Under the pieces are notes generated by a model, which was not told where the DNA came from, made no database searches, and was given only the letters and a program-made list of their open reading frames with translations. From Dehalococcoidia bacterium (lineage in GTDB: Bacteria > Chloroflexota > Dehalococcoidia > Lucifugimonadales > SHYF01): a stretch of DNA of 64,000 nt. Both the position numbers and the translations under genes were made by a program. Location: contig CBDFJM010000003.1 of the NCBI GenBank assembly GCA_965248595.1, forward strand, positions 10,729 through 74,728, written 5' to 3'. Shown here piece by piece: positions 19,114-28,764 of this stretch (the first letter of the stretch is position 1; each line of letters opens with the position of its first letter).

Positions 19114-19599
19114 ATGACCCTCACCCCATCCCTCTCCCGAAATGGGAGAGGGTGCAACATTCTCCCTCCAAGGCCAACAAGATCGTTTGTTTGACTCCCT
19201 CAATCTGCTGCAAGACTTCTGTGTTCCAGAAACGTAACACCCGAAACCTCTGAGAATTCAGCCGATTCGTGCGTGCCAGGTCGTACGCTGCATTGTTCCC
19301 ATGCTGTCCACCATCCAACTCTACGATCAACCGTTTCTCAAAACACACGAAATCGGCGATGTAGGGACCAAGCGGTTGCTGACGGCGGAACTTATATCCT
19401 CCAATCTGACGTCGGCAAATATGCCTCCACAAAGCAAGCTCGGCTTCGGTTGGGTTCTTACGTAATTCTCTGGCTTTGGCTGTTGTCATCTGCTAACTAA
19501 GTTGGCGCTGGCTTCACCCCCACTTTTACTCTCCCACGTCAAGGGGGAGAGTAGAGAATACCTTCCCCATTCATGGGGGAAGGTAAGGATGGGGGTCAT
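19114..19599. mobile_element. Putative small cassette carrying a DUF559 gene, bounded by imperfect inverted repeats and G/C-rich hairpins
   Basis: ATGACCCTCACCCCATCC (19114-19131) matches the reverse complement of GGATGGGGGTCAT (19587-19599). Internal hairpins are CCCTCTCCCgaaaTGGGAGAGGG, CTCTCCCacgtcaaGGGGAGAG and CCTTCCCCattcatGGGGAAGG. Fills the nuoK-nuoL spacer exactly. Confidence 0.35.
19121..19489 (-). CDS. DUF559 (Vsr/endonuclease-like) domain protein
   Basis: 122 aa. ARELRKNPTEAELALW...GYKFRRQQPLGPYIADF...IVELDGGQH...R...L...G..VLRFWN is the classic DUF559 pattern. Confidence 0.85.
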   Translation of the reverse strand: MTTAKARELRKNPTEAELALWRHICRRQIGGYKFRRQQPLGPYIADFVCFEKRLIVELDGGQHGNNAAYDLARTNRLNSQRFRVLRFWNTEVLQQIEGVKQTILLALEGECCTLSHFGRGMG

Positions 19600-19606
19600 C
19601 TCCATC

Positions 19607-19915
19607 TCACCATTTCATCATGTTCAACTGGTCCACGTTGACAGACCCCCGGTTCCTGTACAGTCGCAGGATTATGGCTAGGGCCAGGCCAACCTCCGCT
19701 GCCGCTACCGTTATGACAAAGATAGCGATGATCTGGCCCAGGAACTGCCCGTGGTCCAAGAAGGCGGCCACCCCAATAAGGTTCACGTTCACCGCGTTCA
19801 GCATCAGTTCGATGGCCAGAAGGATAAGCACGGCGCTGCGCCGTGCCAGCACGCCATACAGACCTATACAGAAGAGGCCCGCGCTCAACACCTGAAGATG
19901 CACCAGCGTAATCAA
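19607..19915 (-). CDS. nuoK: NADH-quinone oxidoreductase subunit K
   Basis: 102 aa, three TM helices, ND4L family. Confidence 0.9.
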   Translation of the reverse strand: MITLVHLQVLSAGLFCIGLYGVLARRSAVLILLAIELMLNAVNVNLIGVAAFLDHGQFLGQIIAIFVITVAAAEVGLALAIILRLYRNRGSVNVDQLNMMKW

Positions 19916-20403
19916 TCTCTATCTCCTACCCGGGCTATAACGATAGCGCCAATCAGGACCACCAGGAGCAGCACCGATGCCACCTCAAAGGGAATGGCCC
20001 ACTGGGTGAACAAGGAGGTTCCTATCTCCTGTACGCTGGGGCCCTGGCGCTCCGCGCCAGCGGGCGTTCCAGTTTGGACTATGGCTGCCGCAATAACGCC
20101 GAATAGGCCCAGGGCCGCCAGGGCCGCAACAGGCCACTGGGGGTTCTCCATGGAACCTCGGAACTCCTGGAGGCGGGTAAGCATCAGGGCAAACAGAACG
20201 ACGATGACGATAGCGCCGCCGTAAATGAGGACCTGTACCAGTGCCAGGAACTCTGCGAATACCAGGAGATAAATGCCAGCCACGCCCATCAGCGAAGCCA
20301 GAAGAAACAGCGCGGCATGCACAATGTTCCTGGTGCCAACCACCCCCACAGCCCCTCCTAGAGTGAGAGCGCCTGCCACGTAGAACAGCACCAGTGAGGT
20401 CAT
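19912..20403 (-). CDS. nuoJ: NADH-quinone oxidoreductase subunit J
   Basis: 163 aa, ND6 family. 4-nt overlaps with its neighbours. Confidence 0.88.
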   Translation of the reverse strand: MTSLVLFYVAGALTLGGAVGVVGTRNIVHAALFLLASLMGVAGIYLLVFAEFLALVQVLIYGGAIVIVVLFALMLTRLQEFRGSMENPQWPVAALAALGLFGVIAAAIVQTGTPAGAERQGPSVQEIGTSLFTQWAIPFEVASVLLLVVLIGAIVIARVGDRD

Positions 20404-20900
20404 ACGGACGCCCCTTCTTTCGATGCCTCCTCCGCGGTCTCACCGGCCGGATTCCATCCTGCCTTCTGCTGGTACTCCAGTCCCATCTTCAGAAGCTGCT
20501 CCCTGTTGGCCCGGTTGCCGTCGCGAGCCACAACCGAGAGTTCGTGCTCGTGGCTCATCAGAATGGCGTCGAAGTTGCAAACGTCCACGCATATGCCGCA
20601 CACAATGCACCGGCCAAAGTTTATCTCGAACTCCCCCACAATCTTGCGACGTTTGCTCTTTCCTTCCTGAAACAACGGGTTGTCCTTCATGGTGGCGGTC
20701 ATACATTGGGTGGGACAGTAGCGGATGCACACCATGCAGCCAGTACAGTACGGTTCTTCCACCTTCTCATCCCAGGTGAGCACAGGGAACCCCATGAACC
20801 GGGGAGCCACAGGCAAGTGCTCCTTGGGATATTGGGCGGTTACGACCGGGCGAAAGAACTCCGCCAGCGTAGTCATCAGGCCTTTCAGATTACCTAACAT
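20400..20900 (-). CDS. nuoI: NADH-quinone oxidoreductase subunit I
   Basis: 166 aa. Two 4Fe-4S motifs, CTGCMVCIRYCP and CIVCGICVDVC. Confidence 0.92.
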   Translation of the reverse strand: MLGNLKGLMTTLAEFFRPVVTAQYPKEHLPVAPRFMGFPVLTWDEKVEEPYCTGCMVCIRYCPTQCMTATMKDNPLFQEGKSKRRKIVGEFEINFGRCIVCGICVDVCNFDAILMSHEHELSVVARDGNRANREQLLKMGLEYQQKAGWNPAGETAEEASKEGASV

Positions 20901-22017
20901 CGGGCACCTCCGTCCTCCGGTAGGCCCTGGCCCGGGCCAGCCGTTCCTCCGCCGTAGCTCTGGCGGGCTTAGTCACCGACCGGTAGATGGCGTATCCCAC
21001 GGCCACAGTCATCGCCAGTGAAATCACGGTCAACGAACCACTGGGCCAGCCATAGAACAGGTACACAGCGGTGATGCCAATGTTCACAAAGGAGAGGGGG
21101 ATAAGCAGCTTCCAGCTAAAGGACATGAGCTGGTCCACCCGCAGCCGCGGGAATGTCCCACGGAACCAGAACATGACGAATACCACCAGGTAGGTCTTGG
21201 CCACCACCCAGAGAAAGCCCAACCACCAAACGTCCGGCATCAGTGGGAAGGCCCAGCCACCCAGGTACAAGATGGCCACCAACGCGCCTATGGCGAAGGT
21301 GTTGATGTACTCCGCCAGGAAGAACACCGCCCAGTGTGCTCCGCTGTACTCCACGAAGGGCCCCCCTACTATCTCCGATTCGGCGAAGTAGATATCGAAT
21401 GGCGTGCGCCCCACCTCGGCGATGCCAGCCGTTAGGAATATGGCCAGGCCCAGAGGCTGAAGCGCCGCATAGGGAATGGCTCGCTGCGCTTCCACGATGG
21501 TGACCAGGTCCATGGACTGGGCGAGCATGGCCACGGCAACCACAGCCATGATTATTGGGATCTCATAGCTCACCAGTTGAGCAGCCGACCGAAGGCCCCC
21601 CAGAATGGCGTACTTGTTGGCGGAACTCCAGCCCGCCAGGATCAGGCCCACTATACCCAAGACGGAAAAAGCGATGATGAAGAGGAGGCCCATGGGCATG
21701 TTTCGGACAACAACATCCCTGGCCAGTGGAATAGTGATCCAAATGATTAAGGCTGGAGCGAAGACGAGCAGGGGAGAAACCCAGAAGATGGCCCTGTCTG
21801 ACCAGCCTGGGACCAAGTCCTCTTTGAGGATGAGCTTCACGGCGTCGGCCACGGGTTGCAGCAACCCGTGGAACCCCACGCGCATGGGGCCCATGCGACG
21901 CTGAACGCGGCCCAGGATCTTCCGCTCAAACCAGACCAGGGACAGCACGACTACAGATAGGGCTGTGAGGAGGCTGAGGATTTGGATGATTACCACCAGC
22001 AGGTCCAGGGCCTTCAT
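20890..22017 (-). CDS. nuoH: NADH-quinone oxidoreductase subunit H
   Basis: 375-aa ND1-family membrane protein. Follows nuoD directly, with no nuoEFG in between. Confidence 0.92.
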   Translation of the reverse strand: MKALDLLVVIIQILSLLTALSVVVLSLVWFERKILGRVQRRMGPMRVGFHGLLQPVADAVKLILKEDLVPGWSDRAIFWVSPLLVFAPALIIWITIPLARDVVVRNMPMGLLFIIAFSVLGIVGLILAGWSSANKYAILGGLRSAAQLVSYEIPIIMAVVAVAMLAQSMDLVTIVEAQRAIPYAALQPLGLAIFLTAGIAEVGRTPFDIYFAESEIVGGPFVEYSGAHWAVFFLAEYINTFAIGALVAILYLGGWAFPLMPDVWWLGFLWVVAKTYLVVFVMFWFRGTFPRLRVDQLMSFSWKLLIPLSFVNIGITAVYLFYGWPSGSLTVISLAMTVAVGYAIYRSVTKPARATAEERLARARAYRRTEVPDVR

Positions 22018-23126
22018 CGGTCCACCTCTCCCAGGACTATGTCCAGGGACCCCAGGATCATCACACAGTCGGCCACATAGCAGTCCCGCATCATGTGCCT
22101 CAAACCCATCAGGTTACAGAAGGAGGGCGGACGCATCTTCACACGGTATGGCCTTTCCCCGCCATCGCTTACCAGGTAGACGCCGAAGTCACCCCGTGGG
22201 TTCTCGGCGTGGACGAATACCTCGCCCTTTGGGGGCCGGGCAATGCGGCGCACCTGCGCCATGATGGGACCCTGGGGCATCTGCTCCAAGGCCTGCTCAA
22301 TGATACTCAGGGACTGGTACATTTCCTGAATACGAACGTAGTAGCGGTCCCAGCAGTCACCTCGGTCCCCCACCGGTATATCGAACTCCAAGCGGTCGTA
22401 CACCAGGTAAGGCTCTGTCCGGCGCACGTCGTATGGGACGCCAGTGGCGCGCAGATTGGGGCCAGTGAGGCCCATGCTAATGGCTGTCTTGGCATCTATG
22501 GTGCCCACGTCCCGGGTCCTGGCCAGGAACACCTCGCTGAATGTGAGCAGGCGGTCGGCCTCCTCCACACCCTGGCGGATCTCCCCAAGCAGCCAGCGGA
22601 TGCGCTCTAAGAAGTCCGAGGGGACCTCCTCCTTGACGCCGCCGACTCGGAAGTAGTTGTGCATCATGCGAGCGCCACTCACCGCCTCGAAGAGGGACTG
22701 GATACGTTCCCTGTCCCGGAAGGCGTACATGACGGGTGTCATGGCACCGGCATCCAGGCCAAAGGTGCCATAGAACAGCAGATGGCTGGACAGCCGGTTC
22801 AGCTCACATAGGATAAGCCTGATGTACTGGGCCCGCTCGGGCACCTCCAGCCCCGAGAGCTTCTCCGCAGCCATGCAGATGACCAGCTCGTTGTTGAAGT
22901 TGGAGAGGTAGTCCAGGCGGTCGAACAGGGTGATGATCTGGCTGTACTGTTCCCCTTCGCACAGCTTCTCGGTGCCGCGGTGCAGGTAGCCTATGTGGGG
23001 CTCAACGTCAACAATGCGCTCGCCGTCAATCCACAGGACCATACGGAAGACGCCATGAGTGGCAGGGTGCTGAGGCCCCATGTTCAGCATCATCTCTAGG
23101 CTATCGAGCTGTCGGTCAGTTGTCAT
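22014..23126 (-). CDS. nuoD: NADH-quinone oxidoreductase subunit D
   Basis: 370 aa. NMGPQHPATHGV and IGYLHRGTEKL motifs. Confidence 0.95.
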   Translation of the reverse strand: MTTDRQLDSLEMMLNMGPQHPATHGVFRMVLWIDGERIVDVEPHIGYLHRGTEKLCEGEQYSQIITLFDRLDYLSNFNNELVICMAAEKLSGLEVPERAQYIRLILCELNRLSSHLLFYGTFGLDAGAMTPVMYAFRDRERIQSLFEAVSGARMMHNYFRVGGVKEEVPSDFLERIRWLLGEIRQGVEEADRLLTFSEVFLARTRDVGTIDAKTAISMGLTGPNLRATGVPYDVRRTEPYLVYDRLEFDIPVGDRGDCWDRYYVRIQEMYQSLSIIEQALEQMPQGPIMAQVRRIARPPKGEVFVHAENPRGDFGVYLVSDGGERPYRVKMRPPSFCNLMGLRHMMRDCYVADCVMILGSLDIVLGEVDR

Positions 23127-23166
23127 GGTCTATTCGGCCTACGTCTCTCATATCCACGTCAATCAT

Positions 23167-23318
23167 GTCATTCTGAGTCCCGATGAATCGGGACGAAGAA
23201 TCTAAAGTTTTTGCCTTATTCATGTTATCGTCCCTTGAACGGCGACCCTTGAAAGCGCCCCAGATTCTTCGTCGGCGGAGTTTACCCTGAGTACAACGAA
23301 TGGGCTCCTCAGAATGAC
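23167..23318. repeat. ~150-bp nested palindromic element (family B) in the nuoC-nuoD spacer
   Basis: Outer arms GTCATTCTGAG / CTCAGAATGAC, inner arms GAAGAATCT / AGATTCTTC, plus the TCCCGAtgaaTCGGGA hairpin. Confidence 0.75.
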
Positions 23319-23327
23319 AGGGAGAAA

Positions 23328-23843
23328 TCACCACTCCTGGTAATCGTTGAAGGGAAAGCTTTTGAGGCCCGGATACCCTTCGAACCCCTCATAAAGCAGC
23401 AGGGGCGCCAGGTTGGGATGCCCATCGAAGACCACGCCAAACAGGTCATGCCCTTCCCGCTCATACCAGTCGGCGCCAGGCCAGACGGAGATGAGGGACG
23501 GAACGTTGGGGGCCTCGTAGGGCACCGTGGTCTTCACAACGAACCGGTGGTTCTTTTCCAAGGAGTAGAGATGGTATACAACCTCAAAGTGGTTCTCGTA
23601 GTCCACCACCGAGAGGCACAACAGTAGGTCGCAAGCGGTGCTTGGGTCGTCCCGGAGCGTGCGACCAACCTCTACCACCTGGTGAGGCCGGATGGTGACA
23701 ACCACCTCGTCCAGGGTGGCGCCCATCTCCGGCTGGAACTCCTGGAGGGTCTCTTCAAGCAACGTCGTTAGGGCTTGCCCTTTTTCGTTCAGGGCAGCCT
23801 GAGCTTCGGCTGGCGCTGGGTGTCTAGCCCTTTCGCTTGCCAC
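23328..23843 (-). CDS. nuoC: NADH-quinone oxidoreductase subunit C
   Basis: 171 aa, 30-kDa subunit family (...LLCLSVVDY...[18 protein letters not shown]). Confidence 0.92.
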   Translation of the reverse strand: MASERARHPAPAEAQAALNEKGQALTTLLEETLQEFQPEMGATLDEVVVTIRPHQVVEVGRTLRDDPSTACDLLLCLSVVDYENHFEVVYHLYSLEKNHRFVVKTTVPYEAPNVPSLISVWPGADWYEREGHDLFGVVFDGHPNLAPLLLYEGFEGYPGLKSFPFNDYQEW

Positions 23844-24441
23844 GAGCCCTCGCGTCCTGTTTGATTTTTTCTTGGAGTCGCATAATGCCCTCCATTAGGG
23901 CTTCGGGACGGGGCGGACAACCTGGGATGTAAATGTCTACCGGAACAATGTGGTCCACGCCCATCACAACGGAGTAGGAGCGATAGTAGGGTCCCCCAGT
24001 GGAGGCGCAGCTCCCCATGGCGATGACCCATTTAGGGTCCGGCATCTGCTCATACAGCAGACGGATGGGGTCCGCCATCTTCTTTACCACTGTGCCAGCA
24101 ACTATCATAACGTCGGACTGCCGGGGCGATGGCCAGGTCACAACGCCGAACCGGTCGAGGTCGTGGTGGGCCATGTAGGTGCTCATCATTTCAATGGCGC
24201 AGCACGCCAGACCGAAGGTCAGCGGCCACAGGGACGAGGTGCGGGCCAGGGCAAAGAGCTGCTCTGCCTTGGCGGTAATTATGCCCGGTGTCCCAGACTT
24301 GTCGAAGGGACTGGGTGCTGGGCGATTCCCTTCGGGCACGGCCTGTCGCGTCTCCCAGGTGGGGCTCTCCAGAGGTATCTCCAGGGCATGACGCCGGTTA
24401 GTGTCCCACCGCTCCGGCTCCATGGGGGGCTTCACCGCCAT
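23824..24441 (-). CDS. nuoB: NADH-quinone oxidoreductase subunit B
   Basis: 205 aa. [17 protein letters not shown] and [11 protein letters not shown] cluster-N2 motifs. Confidence 0.95.
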   Translation of the reverse strand: MAVKPPMEPERWDTNRRHALEIPLESPTWETRQAVPEGNRPAPSPFDKSGTPGIITAKAEQLFALARTSSLWPLTFGLACCAIEMMSTYMAHHDLDRFGVVTWPSPRQSDVMIVAGTVVKKMADPIRLLYEQMPDPKWVIAMGSCASTGGPYYRSYSVVMGVDHIVPVDIYIPGCPPRPEALMEGIMRLQEKIKQDARARGKRKG

Positions 24442-24836
24442 TGCAGCACCCCCTTCCGCCAGCCGTACAGGATACCGAAGCCCAGGATGGCGATGAATAG
24501 CACCATCTCGTAGAAGACGGCGTTGGCTGCAGACTGAGTGAACAGTGTCCCCACTCCTTGCTTCACCTGCATGAACACTACCGCCCAGGGGAACAGGAAC
24601 ACGGCTTCAACGTCGAAGATGAGAAACAGGATGCCGAAGATGTAGTAGCGGATATGGACCTGGGACCAGGTGTAAGGGGCAGGACGGATGCCGGACTCGT
24701 ATGGGATAGCTTTGTCGGCTGAGCGGCGCCTGGGCGCTAGCATGGCCGACAAAGCGAACATGATGCCCATGGCTAACACACCTACCACACCGGCGATAAT
24801 CGCCGCCGCCCAGTTGAGTGCGTATCCTTCAGGCAA
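24432..24836 (-). CDS. nuoA: NADH-quinone oxidoreductase subunit A
   Basis: 134 aa, three TM helices, ND3 family (PYESGI...). First gene of the operon. Confidence 0.9.
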   Translation of the reverse strand: MPEGYALNWAAAIIAGVVGVLAMGIMFALSAMLAPRRRSADKAIPYESGIRPAPYTWSQVHIRYYIFGILFLIFDVEAVFLFPWAVVFMQVKQGVGTLFTQSAANAVFYEMVLFIAILGFGILYGWRKGVLQWR

Positions 24837-25280
24837 AGCGCAACCCCCTTGAGACTTGTAAGGAGGATCACTGGGGTACAGCCCGATTGGTGCCGTCCAA
24901 GAAAGGAACTATATCATCGGCAGGCAGACTGCGTCAATCGAGAAACGTAGCAACAATACTCAGTTCGACCTGCCTCCAGGGGGATTCATACCGCACAGCC
25001 GCGCACGGTCCCACGAATGTTTCCGTGCTCACCGTGCCAAGAGTCGCAAGGGTGTTTGGCGTGCTATAATTACACCTTATCTGCTATTCGCGGCATTTCA
25101 CCCTGGCATGGCGAAGAATGCCGCCAAGAAAACGAAGGGTGTTCATGGCTAGAGCTACCATCGAGCGCACCGAGTTCGCCTATAGAGACCGTGGGCAGGG
25201 CGAAGCGGTCCTTTTTGTGCGTGGCTGATGCATGGCTTCTCGCTGGCTAACTTCAATAGTTCCATCTTTAGGAGGAATAC

Positions 25281-25724
25281 GTGGCAGTAATTAGAGATGC
25301 AAACGTAGTATGGACAGGCGACCTAGCTTCAGGGAGCGGTGTGGTGGATGCCGTTACCAGCAAGGCATTCAACGCGCTTCCCGTTACCTGGGCCTCGCGT
25401 ACCAAGGCCGCTGATGGGCGCACCAGCCCCGAAGAGCTAATCGCTGCGGCCCACGCCAGTTGCTTCGCCATGGCCTTCTCGGCCGGCCTGGGCCGGGGTG
25501 GCACGCCACCGCAGAAGCTGGAGGTCAGCGCCACCGTCACTTTTGATAGGGTAGAGTCGGGCTGGCGCGTCATCTCCAGCGCCCTAATGGTGCGTGGCAT
25601 AGTGCCCGGCATGGAGGAGGCTGCTTTCCAGGCGGCGGCTGAAGCGGCCAAAGACGGCTGTCCCATCTCTCAGGCCCTCAAGGGCAACGTGGCCCTCAGC
25701 GTGGAGGCCACTCTGGAGGGATAG
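25281..25724 (+). CDS. osmC: OsmC family peroxiredoxin
   Basis: 147 aa, GTG start. TSPEELIAAAHASCF and KDGCPISQAL, the two conserved Cys regions of OsmC. Confidence 0.88.
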   Translation: MAVIRDANVVWTGDLASGSGVVDAVTSKAFNALPVTWASRTKAADGRTSPEELIAAAHASCFAMAFSAGLGRGGTPPQKLEVSATVTFDRVESGWRVISSALMVRGIVPGMEEAAFQAAAEAAKDGCPISQALKGNVALSVEATLEG

Positions 25725-25752
25725 GAGCCAGGGAAAGAGACGGCAGCGTGTG

Positions 25753-26058
25753 TTACACTTCTTCCCCGTTCTCGCCGAAACTGTGGTTGGTGTAGACGCC
25801 CACGTCGCGGCCCTGGTGAACGTGCACGATGAACTCTTCCCGGGCAATCCCCACCACGTCCAGCAACTCGTCGTCAACGGTCTGGATAAGCTCCTCTATC
25901 ATCTCGCGGGTCAGGCTTTCCGAGACGCAGAGGGTGCCATGGACAGCGCCGTTGGCAAAGTGCAGGTCCAACCGGCCAACGGGCGCGTCGTCTTCCAGTA
26001 TGTTGTACGCTTCGGAGTTAGGCGTGCGGCATTCCCGTTCAAAGTAGTAATCAGCCAT
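25753..26058 (-). CDS. Hypothetical acidic protein (101 aa)
   Basis: ORF only; no recognisable motif. The + strand ORFs overlapping it look like shadows. Confidence 0.4.
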   Translation of the reverse strand: MADYYFERECRTPNSEAYNILEDDAPVGRLDLHFANGAVHGTLCVSESLTREMIEELIQTVDDELLDVVGIAREEFIVHVHQGRDVGVYTNHSFGENGEEV

Positions 26059-26075
26059 GAGTACCCCCTAGTTGT

Positions 26076-27356
26076 CTAGCTGCGGACCTGGCCGGTACCC
26101 AGCACCGTCCATTTGTACGAAGTCAACTCCCGGAGTCCCATAGGCCCACGGGCGTGCATCTTGTTCGTGCTTATAGCCACCTCAGCGCCGAGTCCAAACT
26201 GCGCGCCGTCGGTGAAGCGGCTGCTGGCGTTCACCATTACCACGGCGGCATCCACCTCATCCAGAAAGCGCATGGCGGCGGAGTAGTCCTCGGTCAGTAT
26301 GGCTTCCGTATGGCCGGAGCCGTACCCCTTGATGTGTTCCAGCGCCTCGTCCAGGGAGTCCACGACCTTTACCGCTGCGGTGAGGGATAGGAACTCCTTG
26401 CCCCAGTCCTCCTGTGTGGCGGGAAGGATGCGCTGCGATTCCATTGGTCCCAGGATGCTCATTGCGCGGCTGTCGGCGTGAATCTCCACACCAGCCCGTA
26501 TCCATGCATCGGCTATTTGGGGCAGGTACTTGGGCGCTACCTGCACGTGTACCAGCAGCGTATCCAGGGCATTGCAGACGGTGGGGCGCTGCACCTTGGC
26601 GTTGAAGGCGATGTCCGCCGCTTGTTTCAGGTCGGCGGTGCGGTCCACGTAGGTGTGGCATACGCCTATGCCGCCGGTCACCACTGGCATGGACGCTTCC
26701 TGGGCCACGCGGCGGATCAGCTCTGCGCCACCCCTGGGGATGATTAGATCAATGTACTCCTGCATGGCAAGCATCTGCCCCACCAGGGCGCGGTCGGTGT
26801 CTTCTATGAACTGTACGGCGTCTTCGGGCACTCCCGCCGATGACACAGCCTCTCGCACCAGGCGGGACAGGGCTGTGTTGGAATGGATGGACTCGCTGCC
26901 GCCCCGGAGGATAACGGCGTTGCCGGACTTCAGGCACAGGCTGGCTATGTCCACCGTGACATTGGGGCGGCTCTCGTAGATGGTGCCGATGACGCCTAGG
27001 GGCACGCGACGCTTGCCCAGGATGAGGCCGTTGGGGAGGGTACGAACGTCGAACTGCTCACCGACGGGGTCGGGCAGCGAAGCCACATTGCGCACGTCGG
27101 CAGCCATGGCTGCCAGCCGCTCCCGGTTGAGCAGCAGACGGTCTAGCAGCGCCTCGCTGAGGCCGCTCCGTTTCCCTGCGTCGTAATCCTGCTTGTTGGC
27201 GGACAGCACCTCGTCATGGTGGGCCGCCAGGGCATCGGCAACTTTCAGGAGCGCCTGGTTCTTTGCTGCAGTGGAGAGCCTGGCCAGCTTGCGAGCGGCG
27301 GCCCTGGCCTGCTGGCCTAGGGCTATGAGGTTTGGTGAAATACTGGTCGAACTCAT
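26076..27356 (-). CDS. proA: Gamma-glutamyl phosphate reductase
   Basis: 426 aa, aldehyde-dehydrogenase fold with the typical ProA sequence (...IYESRPNVT...VCNALDTLLVH...GHTEAI). Confidence 0.95.
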   Translation of the reverse strand: MSSTSISPNLIALGQQARAAARKLARLSTAAKNQALLKVADALAAHHDEVLSANKQDYDAGKRSGLSEALLDRLLLNRERLAAMAADVRNVASLPDPVGEQFDVRTLPNGLILGKRRVPLGVIGTIYESRPNVTVDIASLCLKSGNAVILRGGSESIHSNTALSRLVREAVSSAGVPEDAVQFIEDTDRALVGQMLAMQEYIDLIIPRGGAELIRRVAQEASMPVVTGGIGVCHTYVDRTADLKQAADIAFNAKVQRPTVCNALDTLLVHVQVAPKYLPQIADAWIRAGVEIHADSRAMSILGPMESQRILPATQEDWGKEFLSLTAAVKVVDSLDEALEHIKGYGSGHTEAILTEDYSAAMRFLDEVDAAVVMVNASSRFTDGAQFGLGAEVAISTNKMHARGPMGLRELTSYKWTVLGTGQVRS

Positions 27357-27373
27357 TTCAGCACTCTTTGACG

Positions 27374-27447
27374 TCGTCCTTCGGCAAGCTCATGACGCAC
27401 GGGAACCCTGTAATCCATTCGTGGTGAGCCCGTCGAACCATGAGCGG
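27374..27447. repeat. REP/MITE-like repeat, family A (reverse orientation) in the proB-proA spacer
   Basis: TCCTTCGGCAAGCTCATGA unit plus CCATTCGTGGTGAGCCCGTCGAACCATGAGCGG unit. Confidence 0.8.
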
Positions 27448-27476
27448 ACGTTTGGTGTTAATGGCCGTCCCTTCCA

Positions 27477-28631
27477 CTATAGCACCGCCAGGTTGTTGCG
27501 GTGCACCACTTCGTCGCCGTACTGGTGGCCCACGGCTACTTGAATGCGGTCCGAGTGGAGGCCCTTGATGGCAGCGACGTCCCCGGCCGAGTAGTTGGCC
27601 ACGCCGCAGGCAATCTTCTGCCCCTGGCGGTCTACGATGAGAACCACATCCTGGCGGTCGAAGTCGCCACGGGCTTCCACGACTCCAGCCGGCAGCAGGC
27701 TGCGATGTTGAGAGCGCAGGGCCAAAGCCGCACCATCGTCTACCATGATCTCGCCCCGGGCGGACAGGCCGCTGAGGAGCCACCGCCTGCGGCTCTCCAT
27801 CTTGCTGGCGCTGGGCGAAAAGAATGTGCCCCGTTCCTTGCCCGCGGCCACATCCAGCAAGACATCCTGTTCCCGACCACCGGCGATAACCACGGCTACC
27901 CCCCAACTGGTAGCCAGGCGCGCTGCCTCCAGCTTGGCGGCTATCCCACCACGGCTCCAAGGATGCCGCTCCTCTTCCCTGGCCAGGTCGCGGATAGTCT
28001 GGTCTATTCGGTTCACCCGGTTGATCAGCCGTGCCTCAGGGTGAAGGGCTGGGTCCGCGGTGTACAGGCCAGCGGTGTCGCCGAGCATGACCAGGAGGTC
28101 GGTGTCCACCAGGTTCGATACCAGGGCTGAAAGGGTATCGTTGTCGCCGAACACCTCGTCGCCTATCTCCTCGGATGTCACCACGTCGTTCTCGTTGATG
28201 ATGGGTATCACCCCCAGTTCCAGCAGGCCCAAGAGCGAGTCCCGCACGTTCAGATAGCCCTGCCGGTCCGAGATGTCGGCGCGGGTGAGAAGGGCCTGAG
28301 CCACCAGGACGTGGTGACGGCCAAACAACTCCTCGTAGGTGTGCATCAGGCGGCTCTGACCCACGGCAGCTAGCATCTGGCGGAATGGCACGTCGGGCCG
28401 GCCTTTGGGCTGGCCCAGGGCCTGGCGTCCGGCTGCCACGGCCCCGGAGGTGACCAGCAGAACCTCGTGGCCTTCCTGGCGCAGGTGAGCCATCTGGTCG
28501 GCCAGGCCGGTCATTACCGCCACATCCAGGTCACCGGTGCCGCTGGCCAGGACGCTAGTGCCGGCCTTGACCACGATTCGATGGAAGGCGGTCTGGCCGG
28601 CAGAGGAGGATATGGAGTTTTTGAGGGACAA
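27477..28631 (-). CDS. proB: Glutamate 5-kinase (with PUA domain)
   Basis: 384 aa. IVVKAGTSVL...LVTSGAVAAG...NENDVV...GDNDTLSA, with a PUA-like C-terminus. Confidence 0.95.
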   Translation of the reverse strand: MSLKNSISSSAGQTAFHRIVVKAGTSVLASGTGDLDVAVMTGLADQMAHLRQEGHEVLLVTSGAVAAGRQALGQPKGRPDVPFRQMLAAVGQSRLMHTYEELFGRHHVLVAQALLTRADISDRQGYLNVRDSLLGLLELGVIPIINENDVVTSEEIGDEVFGDNDTLSALVSNLVDTDLLVMLGDTAGLYTADPALHPEARLINRVNRIDQTIRDLAREEERHPWSRGGIAAKLEAARLATSWGVAVVIAGGREQDVLLDVAAGKERGTFFSPSASKMESRRRWLLSGLSARGEIMVDDGAALALRSQHRSLLPAGVVEARGDFDRQDVVLIVDRQGQKIACGVANYSAGDVAAIKGLHSDRIQVAVGHQYGDEVVHRNNLAVL

Positions 28632-28764
28632 TGGACAAATCCGTTGCGAGATTAGGTATCAATCATATCAGCTAGACATAGGACCAACAAGGAAACTGGC
28701 TGAAACCGCCACCGGAATCCCTGCTTGCCGGGACTCCGGTCTCCTCTTTTTGGGCCGGTGCTAC

